From assembly GCA_001600815.1 (NCBI GenBank), contig BCKZ01000020.1:398831-462830 (forward strand): DNA of 64,000 nucleotides, given 5' to 3'. The translations under genes and the position numbers were made by a program. The notes under the pieces were generated by a model. It did not search any database. It had not been told where the DNA came from and saw only the letters and a list, made by a program, of their open reading frames with translations. This DNA comes from Alloascoidea hylecoeti (Eukaryota). This document shows positions 11,988 to 23,275 of this stretch, piece after piece. Each line of letters starts with the position of its first letter. Within the stretch, counting starts at the first letter, position 1.

Positions 11988-13748
11988 TTAAGCTGCAGCT
12001 CGCCTTGAGCTTCGTAGTCTTCCTGTAAGTTCTTTCTTTGGGGTTTCCTTTTTAGCTTTCTTTTTAAAAGGATCAGATAGTCTTATGTTTTCTTCATTTG
12101 AGATAAAAGTCCAATTACCTTCTTTTAACCCTTCAGAAGCAAATTTTAATAAAACTTCTCTTCTAGTCTCAACATATCTTGAAGAATCTAGCATCTTAAT
12201 CTTCAAATCTTTCAATTCATTAACTGGTTTTAAAAACATCTCAGCTAAATTATCAACAGCTCTTTCTAAATCTGCTTGATTATTTTCAAATATAACTGTT
12301 AAGTTTTTATTTCTTGGTAAATAAAATGCAAAAGTATAGGTCCATTTTAATGTTTGCCTACATTTCGTTAAAATATCCATTGATTGTTGTAAAAATTGTA
12401 CTTCTATCCATGGCATACCATCATCTTGTAATTTTTCCATTTTCTGTCGTATATCTTTTAGTAGTTTTGCATCAATTTTATTAGACTCTTCATGATTTTT
12501 ATAACGATTGTAGTAATGTAAGTATCTCGTTAACTCTAACCTAGAGGTTTCGGCACTAGTTCTTTTCTCTCCTTGATTCTCATCACCTTCACCAGCATCA
12601 AATTTATTACAAACATAATATTGGTTTCCATGTTTAGACCAAGGATTTAAACAAACCCAACAATATTCATGATGACAGGATCGACAAGTCATATGATTAC
12701 AGCCTCCATTTTTCTCTATGGAGGAATGACATTTTGGACACGCCCTTGTATTTGCAATTATCCAATTACTAGTTTCTGAATCATCAGCACATTTTTTAAA
12801 CCATAACTTAACTTGCTTGCATGGTGCCGGTTCATGGGATTCATTTAATCCACAGCCAAAACAATGTTCATGACCTACTGTACATTTTACTGTTGGAACT
12901 CTTTTTTGTAAATCATTTGGTGCAAATACTTTGCATTCAACAGCATTTGAACAATTTGGAAATGGACACCAATGAATATCATTTCTACTTGTAACAAATG
13001 ATTGACTAGAATATTCCAAATATCTGTTAAAATAATCTTCTGAAACTATTTGTTTAATATCATTTTCAGATAATGTAACTTTGCAATTTGGATCAGGGCA
13101 TTTTAATAAGCTGATATTTCTTTGATCAATTTTTCCTTCGATATACATTCGGTAACAATCAATGCAAAATTTATGTTCACATGGTAAAAAAACGGATACC
13201 AACTCCTCATCATTGCAGCATATAAGACACATAAAATCAGGTGGCTCTTTTATGATTTTAATTCCATCAAATGTTGGAATTCCATCTTTGTTTATAAACA
13301 CACCAGCTTTTACTAATGTCCGATCATAATCTTCATAGTAAGACTCAAGTAATCGATCACTATTCCAAGACCAAGCATCCAGTAGTTTTAAAGCAGTTGA
13401 TTCATCAACTCCCAGTATTCCCTTTATTTTAGTTGTTTCTTGTCGTTTAAGTGAATCCAGCTCCTGTGGCGTTAAAGGTTTATACTTTACTCCATATACA
13501 TCCTCCGGATGAACATTATCAAAGCTGGTAGCGTAATCAGAACCATCTTCATCTTCATCCTCCTCGAAATCCATGATATTTTCAACATTATCTTCTTCAT
13601 ATTCATCATTCTCTGATTCGTCGCTGATCGCTATAACAGAGTCTGATGAGCTATCAGTATCGTCTGATCCTTCATAATATTGGTTGTCATTGTCATCATT
13701 TTCGGTATACATGTAAACATCATCATCACTAGATATTGAGACTGACAT
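11988..13748 (-). CDS. HEL1: Ariadne-family RBR E3 ubiquitin ligase (Hel1/ARI1/dbl4-like)
   Basis: Acidic N-terminus; RING1 (CLICC..CEHKFCIDC); IBR (WCPFPNC..GHEHCFGC); RING2 (CPKCHSSIEKNGGCNHMTC); Ariadne domain (RYLHYYNRY, CRQTLKWTY, FENNQADLE). Confidence 0.92.
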   Translation of the reverse strand: MSVSISSDDDVYMYTENDDNDNQYYEGSDDTDSSSDSVIAISDESENDEYEEDNVENIMDFEEDEDEDGSDYATSFDNVHPEDVYGVKYKPLTPQELDSLKRQETTKIKGILGVDESTALKLLDAWSWNSDRLLESYYEDYDRTLVKAGVFINKDGIPTFDGIKIIKEPPDFMCLICCNDEELVSVFLPCEHKFCIDCYRMYIEGKIDQRNISLLKCPDPNCKVTLSENDIKQIVSEDYFNRYLEYSSQSFVTSRNDIHWCPFPNCSNAVECKVFAPNDLQKRVPTVKCTVGHEHCFGCGLNESHEPAPCKQVKLWFKKCADDSETSNWIIANTRACPKCHSSIEKNGGCNHMTCRSCHHEYCWVCLNPWSKHGNQYYVCNKFDAGEGDENQGEKRTSAETSRLELTRYLHYYNRYKNHEESNKIDAKLLKDIRQKMEKLQDDGMPWIEVQFLQQSMDILTKCRQTLKWTYTFAFYLPRNKNLTVIFENNQADLERAVDNLAEMFLKPVNELKDLKIKMLDSSRYVETRREVLLKFASEGLKEGNWTFISNEENIRLSDPFKKKAKKETPKKELTGRLRSSRRAAA

Positions 13749-14339
13749 TTTTTGGTGGTGGAACTAGATAGTAGAGCGTATAATTAGTAAGAGTGAATAA
13801 AAGTGATAGGTTATCCAAAATGAAAGCAAAAGCAATCACAGTCATTTAATTAACTTCAATGTCTGAATATTTATTGTGTTTGTAGGACTCTACACGTGAT
13901 CGTTCGAGTAAATTTAATCTCTAAAACACTCACAGCCACCACTTTTTGTTGTCGATTTTAACAGTTTTAATCGTTTTGATGCCAAATGACCCCTCTTATA
14001 AGTTATAATACGAATGCAAAGTAGTTATTTACATAATGTATAAAATATTTTCTTTCCCCTGAAATCTTTTTTGAGAAATATATCGTCATAACCACTTTTT
14101 CTGAACTGTAACTAACTTTTATCCGATTTTAAGAAAAAGATATTCTGAAAGTTTTAGCTCCAAACTTGATACCCGCAGATTTTGCTATTGCCCCGGATTT
14201 GGGTAGCCACTTGCTATCATCAATTCATTTTAGGTTCTAGTACATGCGGCCGGTCCTGGGTCCTGACTGATTTTACCTCACCACTCCAAAATAATTACGT
14301 TATAACCCTACTGAGTACTCTTCCAAGCCTGGCATTAGT

Positions 14340-14545
14340 ACAAGACCTTAAAACTGTACTCCATAATGTTCCTTAACTTCTAAAATTAGTCTATATAAAA
14401 TGACATTTTAAGTTAAGATTTTGGTGTTAGCGCCGTTAACATCATAAACGGCCGCCACTCTATATAGTGAAGTATGACCTCATTGCCTTTGTCCACATCA
14501 TAAGTCGTATAGAACTAAAAGTCCTTATACTATATATTATAAATA
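14340..14545 (+). repeat. Dispersed repeat family copy 1
   Basis: Collinear by eye with the reverse complement of 59605-59880 (e.g. aatgacatttt..gtgttagcgccgttaacatcataaacggccgccactcta) and with 51714-51830 (cataag..tccttatacta..ataaatattt). Confidence 0.8.
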
Positions 14546-14644
14546 TTTGTTTGGTCCGAGGGCTAAAGCTTGCGATTAAAACCATTAATATTAACATTAT
14601 CCATCTACATAATCTCGCTAGCCTGCAATTTCCTTATGTTTTCC

Positions 14645-15625
14645 TTTTTGCCTTTTAAAAGATTGGATAGACTTGAGTTTTCTTCATTTGAAATAAAAGT
14701 CCAATTACCTTCTTTTCAATCTCAACATATCTTGAAGAATCTAAAAACATCTCAGCCAAATTATCAACAGCTCTTTCTAAATCTGCTTGATTATTTTCAA
14801 ATATAACTGTTAAGTTTTTATTTCTTGGTAAATAAAATGCAAAAGTATAGGTCCATTTTAATGTTTGCCTACATTTCGTTAAAATATCCATTGATTGTTG
14901 TAAAAATTGTACTTCTATCCATGGCATACATCATCATCTTGTAATTTTTTCCATTTTCTGTCGTATATCTTTTAGTAGTTTTGCATCAATGTTATTTTAT
15001 AACAAAAGTGATAGGAACATGACTGACAAGTCATATGATTACAGACTCCATTTTTCTCTATGGAGGAATGACATTTTGGACACGCCCTTGTATTTGCAAT
15101 TATCCAATTACTAGTTTCTGAATCATCAGCACATTTTTTAAACCATAATTTAACTTGCTTGCATGGTGCCGGTTCATGGGATTCATTTAATCCACAACCA
15201 AAACAATGTTCATGACCTACTGTACATTTTACTGTTGGAACTCTTTTTTGTAAATCATTTGGTGCAAATACTTTGCATTCAACAGCATTTGAACAATTTG
15301 GAAATGGACACCAATGAATATCATTTCTACTTGTAACAAATGATTGACTAGAATATTCCAAATATCTGTTAAAATAATCTTCTGAAACTATTTGTTTAAT
15401 ATCATTTTCAGATAATGTAACTTTGCAATTTGAATCAGGGCAAAAATCGGAAATTGATTCATCCTTAAAAACACACCAACTTTTTGTAGCGTCCCTTTAT
15501 ATTTTCATAATACGGCTCAACTAATCGATCACTATTCCAAAATTCCAGTAGTTTTAAAGAATTTGATGCACCAACTCCCAGTATTTCCATTATTTTTTTA
15601 GTATCTTGTCGTTTAAGTGTGGTGT
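14645..15625 (-). pseudogene. Tandem, internally deleted pseudogene copy of the Ariadne RBR ligase
   Basis: Aligns to 12055-13475. Several deletions, including RING1 and part of the Ariadne domain; frameshifts; no N-terminus. The central blocks are almost identical to the parent. Confidence 0.9.
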
Positions 15626-15709
15626 TAAATTTAATAACCACCCGTTGAATACTCTACAAAGCCTTAAATTGTTTCTAAAATATAATGATCTGTAAACTCT
15701 ATAGATTAT

Positions 15710-15791
15710 ATTAGTGCATATAAATTAAAAATTCAAATTTAATACTTAGTGTTGGCTGGCACCCTTAACCCCATGGATGGATGCCACCCTA
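15710..15791 (+). repeat. Dispersed repeat family copy 2 (more diverged)
   Basis: Minus strand tagggtggcatccatccatggggttaagggtgccagccaacactaagtattaaattt aligns to 59735ff tagggtggcagccgtttatgacgttaatggcgctaacactaaatactaaact. Confidence 0.7.
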
Positions 15792-16039
15792 CGAGTACTG
15801 GAGTCAATCAGATTGTCAATGATATCCTGATCCATGGGGTCCCAGTATTTTGAAGGAGACATTAGCATTAGGTATTTATTCACCATTACAACATATGGAA
15901 GGCTCATAATTCCTGAAATGTGATAAACTTTTATGAGGAGATCTCAAATGTACTCCAACACGTCTATCTACTTGTCAAGAAACCAATGCATCGCAATATT
16001 AGCTTTTTGGATACGTATGCTTTCCTGCTTGAATAAAAG

Positions 16040-16212
16040 ATGCTCATGAGTCTCATTAAAAGCCTCCTCCAATAGTTGTATGTGAGAACCTACGGCGGTA
16101 TGTGCCATTAGGATCCCCAACCACTCTATACAGTAAAGTGTTGCCTCCTTTCCAAATTTCAATCTGTACTATAAGATTAACGATCCAGTACTTCCCCCAC
16201 TATATATGTTTT
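16040..16212 (-). mobile_element. Possible degenerate chromodomain (chromoviral Ty3/gypsy integrase tail) relic
   Basis: Frameshifted pieces KTYIVGEVLDR / ATLYCIEWLG / QLLEEAFNETH resemble the chromodomain consensus YxVExILDxR..YLVKWxG..LLxxF. Confidence 0.3.
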
Positions 16213-16901
16213 TTGACTCAAAGGTATACTAAATAATTATCGAATCCAAGGCCAACTTATAAATAACATTTCGCTAATTGTATTTTCGAACTTGTGGTAC
16301 CTTACACATGGTGCAGCTTGCTTGTGCCTATTAAGCTTTATGCATATGCATATATAAATATGGCTTAAAATCAAGCCATAGATGGCATGATTGCTCAAGA
16401 ACAGGTGTAAAGACATATACTATCACAGGAGTAGATCTCATCACAAGAGAACGATCAGTATACTCACTGTGTGCTTATCTAATGTACAGATACACAATTA
16501 GGTAAGCGTGACCTGTGAATCAGTTGGATATCGCAAATAGACCATGTAAGGATCTTACAATTCTTCGAATTCTTGCAATATTGATTCTAAATATGTAAGA
16601 GATGTACATGTCTTCAGCAATATATCTCCTCTTATTATGATCCCAGATTTACATAGTTTCAAGAAATAAAGCTTATCATGATCATGATGTATGGAAATCT
16701 TCATACTGGTTCGGGATCCGGATAAATCAGAGAATTATTTTATTAATTAGGTCATGGATGGATTTATCCTTCAAATTTGGCCATCACCAGTCATGATATG
16801 GCTGGACTGATATATTACAAACAAATATCAACATCAAGCGTATGGAATATGTTACTTACTTTCTTTCCGGTTACATCTTGGCCCACATATAGTAATTTAA
16901 A

Positions 16902-18404
16902 ATGGATCATGATAAGTTTATGAACAACAATGTGCACACAAATAAAGTACAAGCTGTAAACTCTATTGACATCATTGAAGATTTGGATGAAACAAAAACA
17001 CTTAGTGGAATCCAAAATTTAGAAATAGATCTAAAAAAATCAAATTTTAATATGCTATCATCAGGAGACCGAAGTCTTCCACAACATTGTAATCATTATC
17101 AAGATATTAGTATTGACGACACACTAGACATGAACAAACCTACTTCAATTATGGTAACTGGTGGTGCAGGATTTATAGGTTCTCATATTCTTGAGAATAT
17201 GCTGAATAATCCTTCATACAACAGTTTTAATGTTATTGTTGTTGATAAATTAAGTTATGTTTCATCAGTCAAGAATTTCCAGAATTTTTATAATGACAAT
17301 AAGTATAAAAAGAGATTTTCATTTTATCATTTTAATCTTATTGATTATTCATTATTAGAAAATGTTTTCAAATTAAATAATATTGAAATCATTATAAATT
17401 GTGCTGCTGATTCTGATGTCGATTATTCTTTTGAAAATCCATCAAAGGTTTTTCAAAATAATACAATGAGTTTACATAATTTAATTCAATTATCAATAAA
17501 ATTCAAAATAAAAAAGTTTATACACTTTTCAACAGATGAAGTTTATGGTCCTTCGATACAAACATCATCACTACCACCCATAAATGATCATGATCATGAT
17601 ATCAAGGACTTAACAAATAAATTATTTAACGAAAATTCAGCTTTAAATCCTACAAATCCTTATAGTGTGTCAAAAGCAAGTGGTGATTTATTATTATTAT
17701 CGTACGCTAAATCCAAAAGTTTGCCTATAATAATTTTACGCTTTAATAATGTTTATGGACCAAGACAATTTCCTGAAAAAATTATACCTAAATTCATCTT
17801 AAATCTTAAAAAAGCTATTCAAAATATCCAACAATCGAATGTGGGCAGTGAAGAAGCTATTCTTGATGGTTACAATTTCTATTGCAATCCCGAGTGTATG
17901 GGATCGCCTATAACGGGATATTGTCCAATACATGGAAATGGGAAACAATCTAGAAGATATTTATATATATCTGATGTAATTTCAGCAGTTATTTTAATAT
18001 TAGAAAAGGGGAATTTTGGTGAAATATACAATGTTGGGATTGATGATTACACAGAAATAACAAACAACAATCTAACAAAATTATTAATCAAAATGATGAT
18101 AAAGAGATCTTTTTCTATAGAAATTAGTGAAGTTAATAATACTAATGGTTCTAAGGACCAGCAGCAATTGCATTTGCAAAGCTATGAAGATCAACTATTA
18201 GATGAAAATGTTCTACATGTGAAAGATAGACCTTTTAATGATGATGTTTACAGAATAGACTGGTCAAAAATTAAACAGTTAGGATGGGTTCCCAAAGTTG
18301 ATTTAGAAGAAGGCCTCAAAAAAACGATATGTTGGTTTGAGCAAGACGTTGAATCTTGGTGGGATAAACCTATAAATATATTCTCATATGACAAGCAGGA
18401 ATAA
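16902..18404 (+). CDS. dTDP/UDP-glucose 4,6-dehydratase (RmlB/Gal102-like extended SDR); true start may be the downstream Met near 17130
   Basis: VTGGAGFIGS, DKLSY, FSTDEVYG, PTNPYSVSKA (YxxxK), NNVYGPRQFPEKIIPKF, DRPFND. Confidence 0.9.
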   Translation: MDHDKFMNNNVHTNKVQAVNSIDIIEDLDETKTLSGIQNLEIDLKKSNFNMLSSGDRSLPQHCNHYQDISIDDTLDMNKPTSIMVTGGAGFIGSHILENMLNNPSYNSFNVIVVDKLSYVSSVKNFQNFYNDNKYKKRFSFYHFNLIDYSLLENVFKLNNIEIIINCAADSDVDYSFENPSKVFQNNTMSLHNLIQLSIKFKIKKFIHFSTDEVYGPSIQTSSLPPINDHDHDIKDLTNKLFNENSALNPTNPYSVSKASGDLLLLSYAKSKSLPIIILRFNNVYGPRQFPEKIIPKFILNLKKAIQNIQQSNVGSEEAILDGYNFYCNPECMGSPITGYCPIHGNGKQSRRYLYISDVISAVILILEKGNFGEIYNVGIDDYTEITNNNLTKLLIKMMIKRSFSIEISEVNNTNGSKDQQQLHLQSYEDQLLDENVLHVKDRPFNDDVYRIDWSKIKQLGWVPKVDLEEGLKKTICWFEQDVESWWDKPINIFSYDKQE

Positions 18405-18951
18405 TCACTAGGTGATGATATCAAAGACTGATTAAACTATAAGCATATGACAACAAGTTTAAATTCAAAAAGAGTCTCAAAGTTTTGAGATCTGATGTTG
18501 CTTGTCACTCCTAATAATTAGAGTTAATAAATCGCATATTTGTACAATCTTATAGATTCCTTTAAAAATCACTAATAAGTATATTAGACAAATATTTCCA
18601 CAGAATTGTATGGGCATTTTTTGTCAGATCGTTATAATATTTATCACAACTGTCGTTCCAAGTATTTTTCAATCTATTAATTAATAATTATTATCCGATA
18701 ATGGAAAAATAGAAACCTTATACCGAATATTTTATAATTATAGAATTACGGTTTTAAAAATTAATTATGAAAAAGTACTATTTACGGGCATTTTCCCCGA
18801 ATAATTTAATTTTCTGCTCAGTTTTATACAGATGTATGGATGTGAAAAGATTTGAACATATAAGATGAAAACAAAAAACAACGTTAACAAATAATCTCCG
18901 CCCCTTCAATTGATTTGTTTAATTAAATACAGATAATCACTACTTACAAAT

Positions 18952-20121
18952 ATGTTTAAATGGGTTCAAGGAAGTGTTTCCGCTTTGACGGGGACAGCAG
19001 AGCCTGTTTATGGTAAAGAAGCAATTCATCCAGTTACAGATACTGTAAAGAACAAAAATCCATTCTCTGAAGCAACGAGAGATGATTTCAAATGGCAAGT
19101 TCCAAATCACACCAATGTAGAAACTCAAGTTTTTTATTTTACCTGTCCTAAAACTGGCTATATTGGTTTTGTTCAACTTATACATTCCAATGTTGGTGGT
19201 GTTCATATTACTGGTCAATTTACCTTCAGATTATATCATAAGGATGATCCCAAGAAAAGTTTAGTCTGGACCTCAACTGCTTTAACTGATTTTCAACCGG
19301 ATGAAACAAACTTTTATGCCGATAATTTGGCCTTTGAATTAAATGGGGAAGGTACTGAATACTCTATTAAATCTCTTGTCAATGAGGACTCCATTGTGGA
19401 TCTAAAAGTTACTAAAACGGCCCCGGCTTTCAAGGTTGGAAAAGATGGTGTCACAACCTATGGTAATGATCCTGAAGCTCCATGGGGAACAATGAGACAT
19501 ATTTTTTGGCCAAGGTCTAAATGTGAGGGTACTCTCATAGTAAAAGGTGAAACTTTAGAAATTGAAGGAACTGCAATGTTTGTTATGGCTTTACAAGGAA
19601 TGAAGCCACATCACGCTGCTTCTAGTTGGAATTTTTTAAACTTTCAAGGTCCTACCTTAAGTGCTGTTCAAATGGAGTTCACTACACCACCATCCTATGA
19701 TAACACAAGAGTTACTATTGGTGTCGTTGTACAGAATGATAAAATTTTATTTGGATCTGTTGATAATGAAGCAATCACAAATGAAAGCGAAGAAGATGAT
19801 ATTGGCTGGCCCGTCCCTAAATCTATGACATTTAAGTTTTCAGGTCCTATTGTCGAGTCAACAGATAAAGAAGTTGAGAATAAAACCGCCAAAATTGCAA
19901 CCGCTGTTGTTGAAGCCAAACTTGATAAATTAGTTGAAAGAGTTGATGTTATGGGAGAAATTCCAGGAATCGTCAAAAAGGTTGTATCTGGCGTAGCTGG
20001 AACAAAACCTTTCATCTATCAATTTTGTAACGATATGAATATTGAAGTTTCTTTGCCAGGTGCTGATAAACCTTTAAAAGAATCTGGAATTGGTTACTCT
20101 GAAGCAACCTTCATTTCATAG
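18952..20121 (+). CDS. SVF1: Survival factor 1 (Svf1 family)
   Basis: GTAEPVYG, NVETQVFYF, QLIHSNV, MRHIFWPR, ALQGMKPHHAASSWNFLNFQ, MEFTTPPSY, VAGTKPFIYQ, SEATFIS. Confidence 0.95.
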   Translation: MFKWVQGSVSALTGTAEPVYGKEAIHPVTDTVKNKNPFSEATRDDFKWQVPNHTNVETQVFYFTCPKTGYIGFVQLIHSNVGGVHITGQFTFRLYHKDDPKKSLVWTSTALTDFQPDETNFYADNLAFELNGEGTEYSIKSLVNEDSIVDLKVTKTAPAFKVGKDGVTTYGNDPEAPWGTMRHIFWPRSKCEGTLIVKGETLEIEGTAMFVMALQGMKPHHAASSWNFLNFQGPTLSAVQMEFTTPPSYDNTRVTIGVVVQNDKILFGSVDNEAITNESEEDDIGWPVPKSMTFKFSGPIVESTDKEVENKTAKIATAVVEAKLDKLVERVDVMGEIPGIVKKVVSGVAGTKPFIYQFCNDMNIEVSLPGADKPLKESGIGYSEATFIS

Positions 20122-20616
20122 AATTTAAATGTGGATTTTTACAAGAATTTCTTACTTTATTATAAAGTAGTTTCCAGGTATATTCAATTGCGAATAATAA
20201 AGATAACATAATAAGTAATTGGTGTATCTAATAACATCGTTGTTTTTCATCTACATTTTAATTCATGATTGTAAAAATCTGAATTTGTTACCCATAAGCT
20301 TATATATTATATACTATTATATTATATCCTTTTGTTTATGTTAGTTTACGATTTTTTATATCAGTTGTATTACATAAATATAATAATAATAATATATAGC
20401 TCAATTTTTGGCTATATATGTCAATGTTTAAATATGTTTAGAATTAATAATGAATTTCAAAAGTTCAATTTATCTTCAAGTTTCAATTAAACTATAAGCT
20501 TATGCATAAGGTTTGCATGGCGATTGCATATTTTCGATTTTCGATTTTCCGTTTCGCGAAGGAACTTACAGTATAAGGTTATGTTAATTCATATTTTGAA
20601 CAAAATGCATAAGGGG

Positions 20617-20825
20617 GGGGGATCTGAGAGTTCATGATTCCACAAAAGGGCATTCATTATGCATAGCATTTTTCCCTGTGCCAGATGTGCTCTCCAATTA
20701 TGTATGTGCACACTAAATAAATAATAATAGGCCTCTTGATAAACATCATTTGAGATTATTAAGACCTTAATCATTTTTGACCAGATATTACTTTTGCTCT
20801 GTAGACTGTAGCTCTCAAATCCCCC
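20617..20825. mobile_element. About 210-bp MITE-like element with imperfect terminal inverted repeats
   Basis: Left end GGGGGATCTGAGAGTTCA (20617-20634); right end TGTAGCTCTCAAATCCCCC (20807-20825, reverse complement GGGGGATTTGAGAGCTACA); no TSD seen. Confidence 0.45.
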
Positions 20826-21015
20826 ATTCATCATATGCGTTCTGAATGAAAGCCACACTATACTTGTTCGATTACTATGATCCATAATGCTTAGACCTGA
20901 TCAGGTAATTATTAATATCCACAACCAGAAAAATTTTTTATTAGATACTTCAGCTTAAATACATTACCTATATAAAATTGCTTTCAATTTTTTCCTTCTC
21001 CTTATCATATTTATA

Positions 21016-22284
21016 ATGACTAAATTAAACGATCTTCCACACGAAATCATCCTTTTAAGTATCGATCACTTATCATTTCTCGATGCTTTGCGTTTTAGTG
21101 AAACTTGTAAAGAATATTATGACGCCGTTGAAACAGCTTTTTCTAATTTAGAAGTTGAAGAGATCGCTTTAAAATAAAATCAATCATCTCAAAATATGTC
21201 ATTTTATAGCATAAGTGAAATAAGAAATTAACTTCAAACTATCAACTAAAATATTCTTGATGCAAAGAGTATACAATCAGAATATATTAGAAATCCTATC
21301 TGTGTCCAAGACCTAGATAATATTATTGATCCTCGTAAACATTTCTCAAATGAGGATGATATTTAGAAATTAGATTATTACTCCACAGTTGAGTACAATA
21401 CTAGGTCAATACCTATCAAAAATAAAGAGGAAGGTTTGGAAATGTTAAAGATTAGTGATATTCATCATTGGGGTCTTTAACTCAATAAAAATATTACTAA
21501 CAATATTAATCTTAATGCTGACGTCAATATTATCCCATTTCGGGAAAAAATTTCATATTTTGATTATCAAATATATGGTTAGAAAAAGGAATATACCAAT
21601 TGTGACAAAAACATATGTCTTGGTACATCAACGGAAGTGAATACTATACTTAATGATAATATCAATGAATTTAGTGCTTCACGTGGAAAATATCTCGTTA
21701 ATGTTGGATTATCACCGGAAGATAACCTTGATCATAGTCGCTCTCATTATAAAGAAAAATGATAGATCATTTAAATGAGTACTGGGATCCGAGTTTATCT
21801 GTACATTTGGCTGGTAATGCTGTTACTTTTATTGTTATCATCGTCAATTGGAAGATAGTGCTGCAGGAAATACTTCAAAGATGATGCGGTAGATAAATCT
21901 CAACCTATCAAATGGAGAATATGTTGCTTTAATATGCAGAAAAATCGATTTGGTTCAAATTCAAATCCAAATTCAGAAATTATTGATTGGAGAATTGATC
22001 AGACTGGTCAAATTTATCTTGATGGGCCTAATGTATTTACAACCATTTTTGATTATGTAGCTGTTACAAATGAGCGAGAACGATTTACTCCTGCGACTAT
22101 AAATTCAGATGGATATGTCAAACCATTACTTCAGAAGATACTTGTAATGCCTCTAAATTTCTTTTTACTAGCATTCCAAGTTGATAAATGTGATGAGATG
22201 TTGATAAAGAATATTTCTTTCAAACTCGAACACGAAACGGGTTCACATAGTCTCAATAATGATAATAAATACCGTTCCTTTTAG
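21016..22284 (+). pseudogene. F-box protein pseudogene
   Basis: TATATAAA near 20970. ATG at 21016 gives MTKLNDLPHEIILLSIDHLSFLDALRFSETCKEYY (F-box motif), then a stop at 21175. The same frame continues with scattered stops and is in frame with track ORF 21934-22284. Confidence 0.7.
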
Positions 22285-22870
22285 GAAAAGAAATTTTGAG
22301 CTCAAGAAAGTTCCAGAAGAGTAAATTAAATGGTAGCCTGGTCATAAAACGATTAATCCTCATTTAGATATATCTCTATATATAATCTATAAAAAAATAT
22401 TTGTACAATTTTAGAATGCCGGATAAGATAACAGCAAGAAGTTTGGTCCCCCAAAACGAATCTTTGAATGAGTTCAGAAATGAGATCCACATTGAGATTG
22501 AACAACTATTAATTAGAAAATGGAAACTTTTAAATATTTATTGACACTAATGAATTTAGTGTAATTTATAAATATTTTAACCACCATACTTGTATCCATG
22601 AATTTTATTTATTAATCCAATCGATAATTCAGTAATGCATTTTACATTTTGGAACTCCACAAAATTCTCATAAATTAACACGAGATCATAAAATTAATAA
22701 GATACAATACCAGTTCTTATAATGCTTAAGAAGATTTTGACTGTGGAATCGTAGCTTAGTACACGATAAGTAAGTAGTTACGTAAAAGTGGCGCATTGTT
22801 TTACTAGCCACTTTATTGCGCCATAATTAAAGCTCCTACAAGAAAGATCCACGGAATTTTTTACAAAAAC

Positions 22871-23275
22871 ATGAAGCCAGCCCACCACCATCCTGACACC
22901 GTCAACAAACTATGGCGTGAAGTAAGCCGATAAAAGATGATTCATTTGATGTCTGACCGTGTAACTAATAATTTATGTTTTTTTTAGCTATTTGAAGGTG
23001 CTGCCTATGGTGCCGCCAAAGGAGCCTTAATAGGGCTTTCTTCATTCGGTCTTCTCTACAAGTTCAGCAGATTCTTTCGTATCCGAACATCATTTCAATT
23101 CAAGGTGTTTTATAATGTAGCGTTTATATCCGGTTATGCTGTTAGTGTGGCTGAGCAAAGAATGCTGTCTTTTGAAGAAAGGGTCGCACAAGAGCAAATG
23201 ATAAGGCAAAGAGAACTGATAGAAGAAGCAGCTGACAATGGCATTATTTTGGATTCCGATGTTCTCAATCGATAG
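22871..23275 (+). CDS. RCF3: Respiratory supercomplex factor Rcf3-like small mitochondrial protein (112 aa); exons 22871-22921 and 22988-23275
   Basis: Intron GTAAGC...ACTAAT...TAG. MKPAHHHPDTVNKLWRE|LFEGAAYGAAKGALIG...FKVFYNVAFI...EQMIRQRELIEEAADNGIILD resembles S. cerevisiae YBR255C-A along its length (from memory). Not in the ORF track. Confidence 0.8.

Noticed and set aside
21016..21760. Stop-codon reassignment as an explanation for in-frame TAA/TAG
   Set aside because: Neighbouring genes terminate normally at TAA/TAG, and the locus also has a scrambled segment, so pseudogenisation is simpler
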